Shown here piece by piece: positions 32,653-38,506 of a stretch of 38,506 nucleotides of DNA. Source of the stretch: Candidatus Woesearchaeota archaeon (GTDB lineage Archaea > Nanobdellota > Nanobdellia > Pacearchaeales > GW2011-AR1). The notes under the pieces were generated by a model. That model saw nothing but the letters and a program-made list of their open reading frames with translations, was not told the origin of the DNA and made no database searches. The stretch's first letter is position 1. Each line of letters begins with the position of its first letter. A program made the position numbers and the translations under genes. The stretch spans positions 1 through 38,506 of the forward strand of contig CAYNZD010000002.1 in assembly GCA_964401675.1 (NCBI GenBank), in the 5' to 3' direction.

Positions 32653-33321
32653 TTATCCAAGATATCTCAATCGCCCAGGCCTTGGCTCATAGATTAAGCC
32701 CTCTTCTAATAGTTTCTTAATCTCTGTATTAATAGCATCAGGACTCGCTTCAATATCCATAATTATTGTATCGATATCAATACCGCCATCAGTTTCCGCA
32801 TCTTTAATTTTCTGCATAATTTCATTCTTCAAACTTGAATCCCCGCTCTCTGCAATTGGCATATCTTTTCTTGCATTTTGTATTTCTAATTTTCTAACCA
32901 ATAGCCATTGAGTATCCACTTTTTTTACAATTTCAGGAATCACATATAATTCACCGTTCCACTCCCTCACATTCCCAATAATTTGCAAAGTATCTCCCTG
33001 TAAAATCTCTTTCAGTGGACCAATTTCCTCGCCGAACGCCTTTAGCCTCAACTGTCCCGATGCATCGTCAACCGTCAAAGACGCAAACTGCTTCTCGCCC
33101 TCCTGAACAAACTTATCAACACAATTCGCCAAAATATTAACTCGCACAACTTTTTTATCTCCCAACTCTAAAAATAAAAACCTTCCTTCATTTATCATTG
33201 GCACGCCCTTTAAAATATCGCCAATTCGCAATTTGTATGCGATATTTCTTTTTCTTTGCTCACTAAGAGTTACGGGAGCATCATCTTTAATATTAGGGGC
33301 AGGGACATTTTCTCCTTCCAT
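32653..33321 (-). CDS. OB-fold plus winged-helix protein (RPA32/Stn1-like ssDNA-binding subunit candidate)
   Basis: OB pattern VRVNILANCVDKFV...FASLTVDDASGQLRLKAFGE...LQIIGNVREWNGELYVIPE. C-terminal wH-like IDIDTIIMDIEASPDAINTEIKKLLEEGLIYEPRPGRLRYL. Lies directly downstream of mcm. Confidence 0.5.
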   Translation of the reverse strand: MEGENVPAPNIKDDAPVTLSEQRKRNIAYKLRIGDILKGVPMINEGRFLFLELGDKKVVRVNILANCVDKFVQEGEKQFASLTVDDASGQLRLKAFGEEIGPLKEILQGDTLQIIGNVREWNGELYVIPEIVKKVDTQWLLVRKLEIQNARKDMPIAESGDSSLKNEIMQKIKDAETDGGIDIDTIIMDIEASPDAINTEIKKLLEEGLIYEPRPGRLRYLG

Positions 33322-33398
33322 ATTTCAAAATATCTTCTTGGGTTTATAAGGATTATTGGGATTGAGTATTATCTGATAATTATTTTTTAAAAGGAATA

Positions 33399-35450
33399 TT
33401 ATACTCTCTGCACAAACCCTCGTTTCGGCCTAAACAAATCCCCAGCCTTCAACAGTTTCCCAACAATCTCATCAACCTCACTCTCTTTCACTTTCCCATC
33501 AAGCATTTTGGAAACTTCTTCCAGCGGAATTACTTTTCCAACCCTTTTTTCCAACTCCTCAATCGCATCCTGAACAACACGAATTTTATTTCTCGCCGAA
33601 GCCGGATTCCCAGTGACTATATCCATATCAAAAGTTTTTGTATCCTTATCATATCCAACTTGCATCAAATAACTCTTTACTAAATCAATCGCCGCAATAG
33701 CATCTCTAACTTTAACTTCCTTTGACAATCTCATTCTAGCGTGCGCCTCTGATAATCGAACCATCGCCTCCAGCTGCCGAGCTCCAATCGGAATTGGCTT
33801 GCTTGGCCCATCTCCAATTTGTGGCATATTTCTAAGGCTAACATAAAAATCTTTCATCACCTCCATTGCTTCATCGCTTAAAGTCGGATTATATTTTTGT
33901 TTAGCATATGAAATATATTTTCTTAGCAAATCCTTTTCAATAACATCATGTTTTGCTTCTTGTTTGTGCTCCATTAAAACATGTGCTGCGATTGCCTCGT
34001 CATCTTTCCGACTCGGAATATCCCTCATGATAAAAATTGCATCAAAACGAGAAAGCAACGATGGTGCCAAATTAACCTGTTTGGGAATAGATTGTAGAGG
34101 GTCAAACCTTCCGAATTTAGGGTTTGCTGCTGCCAAAACAGAAGTCTGAGCTCGCAAAGTAGCTTGAACAGTTGCTTTCGAAATTGTTACAGTTTGCTGT
34201 TCCATTGCCTCATGCATTGTCGACCTGTCTTCCTCATCCATTTTGTCAAATTCATCAATACAAACAATACCCTTATTCGCAAGAACCATAGCCCCAGCTT
34301 CTAATCCCCAGCCCTTTAAAATATCATCTTTAACAACAGTAGCGGTTAATCCGGCAGCGGTAGACGATTTACCAGAAACATATCTAGCCTTAGGTGCAAC
34401 GCCGGCAATAAATCCAAGCATAACCGACTTAGCGACTCCTGGGTCACCAACCAGTAAAACATGAATATCTCCTCTCATTTTTGTTCCATCGCTTCGCGTT
34501 TTTTTCACTCCGCCGAACAATTGAAATGCCAATGCTTTTTTAACATCATGATGTCCCCAGATGGATGGGGCAATACTATCAACCATTTTCTTCAAAAACT
34601 CAGGATTTCCAGCCAGCTCTTTAATTGATCGCTCGTCTTCTTCGTCAATATCAATATCTTCAAAACTTTCTTCTAGCGGAATAATATTATTTGACTCAAC
34701 CGCCAAATCAAACCTAGTCAGCATTGCTCCGCTGGAAGATGTTATAGCAATTTCCTTTAAAATTCCAATAACTTTAATACGGCTACCAGGAGTAGTTCTC
34801 ATTTCCATGTTAGGATCAACCAAATCTTCCTTGAGAAAAATAGTCATTCTTTTGGGCTGCTCACCCCCATGCAAATTATCAGATGCCTCTTCAATTGTTA
34901 AAACCTGCGCATCAACCATATCTTTTGAAATTTCTTTAAATCCTCCGCGACGACCACATGAACAACGCGACGGCTCTTTGAATTTCTTGTCAATTTGCAA
35001 AACCGAAATTATTGTTCCACAACTCGGACATTCAAACTTAGCATTTGTAACCAGCGGCCGAACTTCAGTTGCCTGCCTAACAATTCCTTCAAGCGCAATC
35101 ATCTTTCCTAAATGTTTTGACCGAATATGCCGAATATAAAATTCTTGCCGTTTCTCAATACTGGTAAAACGAACTCTCGCATCATTAGGCGCGTACTCCA
35201 ATTCCTCAAGCGCAACTTCTAACAATTGAATCGTTTCTTCTGGTCTATCAATTAAGTTCTCCGCCAACTTAGGAGAATGTCCAGAAAAATTATCGAAATC
35301 AATAGAAACAACTTTCCCTCCTGCCTTTTTAACACCGCCGATTCCTATCTTATTAATTTCAAAAAACTCCTTTGCGTCATTCAAAAAATCATCTTGATTA
35401 ATTGTATCTGGGTCAAAATTCTTATCAATTGTCTCATCATTCTCTTCCAT
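33399..35450 (-). CDS. mcm: Replicative helicase MCM
   Basis: Zinc finger CPSCG...CSCG, Walker A GDPGVAKS, Walker B CIDEFDKM, arginine finger SRFD. 683 aa with no intein. Confidence 0.93.
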   Translation of the reverse strand: MEENDETIDKNFDPDTINQDDFLNDAKEFFEINKIGIGGVKKAGGKVVSIDFDNFSGHSPKLAENLIDRPEETIQLLEVALEELEYAPNDARVRFTSIEKRQEFYIRHIRSKHLGKMIALEGIVRQATEVRPLVTNAKFECPSCGTIISVLQIDKKFKEPSRCSCGRRGGFKEISKDMVDAQVLTIEEASDNLHGGEQPKRMTIFLKEDLVDPNMEMRTTPGSRIKVIGILKEIAITSSSGAMLTRFDLAVESNNIIPLEESFEDIDIDEEDERSIKELAGNPEFLKKMVDSIAPSIWGHHDVKKALAFQLFGGVKKTRSDGTKMRGDIHVLLVGDPGVAKSVMLGFIAGVAPKARYVSGKSSTAAGLTATVVKDDILKGWGLEAGAMVLANKGIVCIDEFDKMDEEDRSTMHEAMEQQTVTISKATVQATLRAQTSVLAAANPKFGRFDPLQSIPKQVNLAPSLLSRFDAIFIMRDIPSRKDDEAIAAHVLMEHKQEAKHDVIEKDLLRKYISYAKQKYNPTLSDEAMEVMKDFYVSLRNMPQIGDGPSKPIPIGARQLEAMVRLSEAHARMRLSKEVKVRDAIAAIDLVKSYLMQVGYDKDTKTFDMDIVTGNPASARNKIRVVQDAIEELEKRVGKVIPLEEVSKMLDGKVKESEVDEIVGKLLKAGDLFRPKRGFVQRV

Positions 35451-35503
35451 ATCTAAGTCAAGAAAACTTTACTTAAAAACAAATCTATATTCTAATCTAT
35501 ATA

Positions 35504-36349
35504 TCAATTAAATACAAATTCGCTTCTACCAAAAATCAATTCTTCGGTCGTCCTTCGATAAATCCCAATAAATTGATTCCCATAAAAAACTGCAAACCTA
35601 TCATTAGTTTTAATTTCATCAACATCGCTAATTATGCTATCTCTAAACAATGGTCTTCCAATATGCAATCCCTTAACAGCCTTTTTCTCAATTTTAACAA
35701 AAGGCAAAACTTTCTTAATCGCATTTTCAGCAGGAATCAGCATTTTTCGTAAATCTTCCTCATTTCCATCCTTATATTTATCAACTGCGGATTTGAAATC
35801 AAACAAATTAATAATAGTTTTCTCGTTAAATATTCCAGCATCAGTTCTTCTTAATTCTCCCATATGTGCTCCATTAATCATTTCACCTAAGTCGGAACAT
35901 ATCTTTCTAATATAAGTTCCCCCTTCAACTTTACATTCAAACAAAAAACTACGTTCATCTTTCGAAGCCTCCAAAAGTTTCCAACTGTAAACAAATCTTT
36001 CTCTTTCCTCTCTTTTCACGGCTGATCGGTGCGGAGGAGTCTGTTTAATTTTTCCAACAAAATTATCATCAATCAATTTCTGTAATTCAATAATATTTTG
36101 TTCTTTATGCGTGTGCAAAATACCAACATAACTCTTATCGTGTTTAATAAAATAATCCGCCAACTTACAAGCCCTCCCTAATGTAATCGGCAAAACCCCA
36201 GTCACCTTCGGGTCAAGCGTTCCCATGTGCGATGTCTTATTCAATTTAAGTTGTCTCTTAATAAATTCAGAAACAGAATAAGAAGTAGGTCCTGTAGACT
36301 TATCTATATTTATCAAACTAAAATTCAAAAATTCATCAATAGGCTTCAT
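35504..36349 (-). CDS. cbf5: H/ACA RNP pseudouridine synthase Cbf5 (TruB family)
   Basis: INIDKSTGPTSYSV, HMGTLDPKVTGVLPI (catalytic Asp), C-terminal PUA-like region. The ATG at 36349 lies ~26 nt downstream of GATATAAAAAC; the ORF track start at 36364 is a TTG. Confidence 0.85.
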   Translation of the reverse strand: MKPIDEFLNFSLINIDKSTGPTSYSVSEFIKRQLKLNKTSHMGTLDPKVTGVLPITLGRACKLADYFIKHDKSYVGILHTHKEQNIIELQKLIDDNFVGKIKQTPPHRSAVKREERERFVYSWKLLEASKDERSFLFECKVEGGTYIRKICSDLGEMINGAHMGELRRTDAGIFNEKTIINLFDFKSAVDKYKDGNEEDLRKMLIPAENAIKKVLPFVKIEKKAVKGLHIGRPLFRDSIISDVDEIKTNDRFAVFYGNQFIGIYRRTTEELIFGRSEFVFN

Positions 36350-36369
36350 AAATAAAATTACCAAATTGA

Positions 36370-36380
36370 GTTTTTATATC
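36370..36380 (-). promoter_or_regulatory. TATA-like box for cbf5
   Basis: GATATAAAAAC on the minus strand, centred ~26 nt upstream of the ATG at 36349. It overlaps the stop of the upstream membrane-protein gene. Confidence 0.4.
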
Positions 36381-36862
36381 TAATCAATGTCTATCTTCTT
36401 TTCAAGACCATTCTTTTCTTTTGATCGAATATTTCCTGTAATTTTTCCAATTGGGAAGATAGCTGCAAGTAATATGGGATAAGAAATAGCATCTGCATAT
36501 AATGAAGATTGAGAGGGATTAAAACCAGAATCTAAAAATTCTTTTGCCAAAAAAGGTCTTCCAATTAAATATCCTAAATCGAATAAAGCAAAAGCTCCTG
36601 CCAATTTTATTTGATCTTTTATAAAATTTTTATATTTAAATTTTCCTTTTTCTGTTCTATAAATGTCTTGGTTATCTTTCGCATGTAAAGGCAAAAAAGC
36701 ACCATATATTGTAAAATACTCACTAGCTGTAGAAATTACTGAAGTAATAGTTTTATTATCTGTAAATAAATTTGATAATTCAGCAGCTCCAGCTCCAGCT
36801 GCTAAACCAGCTGCTGAAGCGATTACAACGTTTTTTGCGAATAAAAAGGACTTATTCTTCAT
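36380..36862 (-). CDS. Hypothetical membrane protein
   Basis: 160 aa with an Ala/Gly-rich N-terminal hydrophobic segment and further hydrophobic segments. No recognised family. Confidence 0.5.
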   Translation of the reverse strand: MKNKSFLFAKNVVIASAAGLAAGAGAAELSNLFTDNKTITSVISTASEYFTIYGAFLPLHAKDNQDIYRTEKGKFKYKNFIKDQIKLAGAFALFDLGYLIGRPFLAKEFLDSGFNPSQSSLYADAISYPILLAAIFPIGKITGNIRSKEKNGLEKKIDID

Positions 36863-36950
36863 AATTTATAAAAAAAATTAAACTTTATAAAAGTTCCCAT
36901 TTGTAATTACTAATAAGTTAATATAAATTAAAGAATTAATATATTTCTAA

Positions 36951-37664
36951 TTATATATACTGAATTTCTCCCTTTAGCCACTTCTTCCTTTCATTTTCCT
37001 CAAATTTTTCAATTGCATATCTAAGTGTAGTTCTTGGTAATTCAGAATAATTATCTTTCAAAAATTTCTCTAATATTTTTTTATCTCTTTTCCCAACTTC
37101 CCTTAACATCCATCCCACCGCTTTATTAATCAAATCATGCTTATCTTTTAATAATATTTTAGAAATTTTTAATGTGTCATTATATTGCTCATTTCGAATA
37201 AAAGAAAATGTTGAGATAATTGAAATTCTTTTTTCCCACAAATTTTCAGATTTCGCAAACTCATATAAAATTTCTCTATTATTTTTCTTCACTAAATAAT
37301 TACCAACAATTTTCGGCGCAGACAAATCAACCAAGTCCCAATTATTCACATTTTTTCCATTCGCTAAATAAAAATTATAAATAACTTTTTTATTTTTTTC
37401 GTCAGCTTTTCTATATTTCTCAACCAAGATTAAAACACCGGATAACCTTTCTTCGTGAATTCCTGACCTCAGCAGTTCTTGTATATTATCCAAAGAAAAT
37501 CTATCAACAGCCCCTTTTACAACATTTCGAATATTTAGCACACTTACTCCAAGAAAAACATCACCCTTGCCATATTGCCCTTCTCCTGTTTTAAAAAATC
37601 CCTGAAGAATTTTCGCTTTTACTTTATCAGAATAATTTCGTAAATCTTTTTTAAATTTCTTCAT
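36951..37664 (-). CDS. DNA alkylation repair protein (AlkD-like HEAT-repeat family)
   Basis: KAKILQGFFKTGEGQYGKGDVFLGV, WDLVDLSAPKIVG, LWEKRISIISTF, INKAVGWMLREVGKRD, LPRTTLRYAIEKF. Confidence 0.82.
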   Translation of the reverse strand: MKKFKKDLRNYSDKVKAKILQGFFKTGEGQYGKGDVFLGVSVLNIRNVVKGAVDRFSLDNIQELLRSGIHEERLSGVLILVEKYRKADEKNKKVIYNFYLANGKNVNNWDLVDLSAPKIVGNYLVKKNNREILYEFAKSENLWEKRISIISTFSFIRNEQYNDTLKISKILLKDKHDLINKAVGWMLREVGKRDKKILEKFLKDNYSELPRTTLRYAIEKFEENERKKWLKGEIQYI

Positions 37665-37693
37665 AAAATTAAATGGAGTTAAGGATTATAAAC

Positions 37694-38440
37694 TTACTTT
37701 TTCAAAGCTTTTCGAACCGGCATAGATTTCTTTACATGTTTTCCCTGAGCAGTATGCTTCTGAGTTTTAACTGCCGCCTTTTCAATCTTAGTTGCCTTTT
37801 CAGCACCTGCCTTCTTGGTTTCTTTTTCTTCAACTTTGTTATCAACGCCATCCTTATTTTTATCAGCATCAATAACTTCTTTTTCCTTCTTAGTGACCTT
37901 CGTCTTTTCGGTAGCAACTTTATTTTTTTGTTTCTCGGCCCAATCCATCTTGTATTTAACAGCCTCAGGAACATCAGCTAGTTCAACATAAACAAGTCCA
38001 TCAATTTTTTTAGCTTTAACTTTAATTTTATTAGCCGGTTTTTTAATTCCTCTAAACCATAATTCATTATTCAAATATATATCAATTTTAACTTTCTTTA
38101 GATCTCTATCTCGAACTTTCATATGCTTAACCATAAATTCCTTCAAAATTCTGATGGCCTTTTTTGCTCTCCGATAACGCGGAACGTTCAAAACTCCTTT
38201 TTTTAAAGGCACAATATATTCTCTTTCTAACTCAACAACTCCTTTTTTATCTTCTTTCTTAACTTTAGTCTTTTTTCCAACAGCAGGCATTGATTCTTTT
38301 TTGTCCTTCTTTACTCCAACATCTTCTTTAAATTCCTTTACTTCTTCAGACTCACCACTATCATCACTTGAAGAAATAACTTCTTTTTTCTCATTTTCCT
38401 TAAAATCTTCTAATTTCTTAACTTCTTTTTCTTCTACCAT
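37694..38440 (-). CDS. rpl31e: 50S ribosomal protein eL31 with long K/E-rich N- and C-terminal extensions
   Basis: Core REYIVPLKKGVLNVPRYRRAKKAIRILKEFMVKHMK...VKIDIYLNNELWFRGIKKPANKIKVKAKK. 248 aa against a core of ~90 aa. The ATG overlaps the eL39 stop (TAATG). Confidence 0.82.
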   Translation of the reverse strand: MVEEKEVKKLEDFKENEKKEVISSSDDSGESEEVKEFKEDVGVKKDKKESMPAVGKKTKVKKEDKKGVVELEREYIVPLKKGVLNVPRYRRAKKAIRILKEFMVKHMKVRDRDLKKVKIDIYLNNELWFRGIKKPANKIKVKAKKIDGLVYVELADVPEAVKYKMDWAEKQKNKVATEKTKVTKKEKEVIDADKNKDGVDNKVEEKETKKAGAEKATKIEKAAVKTQKHTAQGKHVKKSMPVRKALKK

Positions 38441-38506
38441 TATCCTAGATGTTTCTTAGCCATTTTCCTTGGCTTAATTTTTAATTTACTTCTCTGCCAC
38501 GCCCTC
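38440..38506 (-). CDS. rpl39e: 50S ribosomal protein eL39, C-terminal fragment (N-terminus lies beyond the window)
   Basis: The minus-strand frame reads ...RAWQRSKLKIKPRKMAKKHLG*, resembling the eL39 ...HWRRxKL C-terminus. It sits in the conserved rpl39e-rpl31e order. Confidence 0.55.
   Translation of the reverse strand, partial: RAWQRSKLKIKPRKMAKKHLG

Noticed and set aside
34561-35139. 192-aa plus-strand ORF. Similar long antisense ORFs occur at 23323-23802, 21366-21800, 10198-10692, 15065-15490, 11026-11355, 2061-2399 and 12502-12843.
   Set aside because: Each lies entirely antisense to a CDS with strong family motifs (MCM, phosphoesterase, TopA, RNase J, Mre11 and others). The translations are low-complexity S/I/L/F-rich with no motifs. 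Long antisense ORFs are expected when the sense strand is A/G-rich at codon positions in an AT-rich genome.
35451-35503. 9-bp direct repeat AATCTATAT x2 upstream of mcm, considered as an origin-recognition-box or replication-origin signal.
   Set aside because: It is too short. It lacks ORB-like dyad structure, no orc1/cdc6 gene is adjacent, and the repeats are simply two TATA-like boxes in a 53-nt promoter gap.
1-38506. CRISPR arrays, rRNA/tRNA genes, transposases or integrases, and toxin-antitoxin or restriction-modification genes.
   Set aside because: I saw no regularly spaced direct repeats, no GC-rich structured-RNA-sized gaps and no recognisable transposase, integrase or nuclease-methylase motifs in any frame. 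The only sizeable repeat structures are the inverted repeat at 4073-4170 and the intragenic 300-nt repeats.

Overview
AT-rich (about one-third G+C by eye) and very compact: my hand tally gives ~95% coding, with many 1-40 nt overlaps and TAATG stop/start junctions. The segment is archaeal. The gene content is a near-continuous run of archaeal information-processing genes: uS2, SBDS, proteasome alpha, RNase P Pop5, RNase J, Mtq2-type methyltransferase, Mre11/Rad50, RpoL, RadB, topoisomerase IA, ValRS, aRF1, ScpB, MCM, Cbf5, eL31, eL39. Small proteins, K/E-rich tails on housekeeping proteins and the absence of exosome genes suggest a reduced, DPANN-like lineage; this is inference, not proven. Several accessory modules are interspersed. 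(1) A two-gene secreted DUF333/Cys-rich protein plus a 997-aa membrane-anchored papain-like protease with four sequon-rich repeat modules. (2) A membrane-anchored inhibitory-type serpin. (3) A PRTase-like and FemAB/GNAT-like gene pair. (4) A processive GT2 synthase next to a DUF2334-like putative deacetylase. I found no tRNA, rRNA or CRISPR array. The clearest non-coding structure is a 23-bp near-perfect inverted repeat (4073-4095 / 4148-4170) in one of only two long intergenic gaps. Many genes have a TATA-like box ~23-29 nt upstream of the ATG, which implies leaderless mRNAs. All family calls come from motif recognition by eye; no searches were run.
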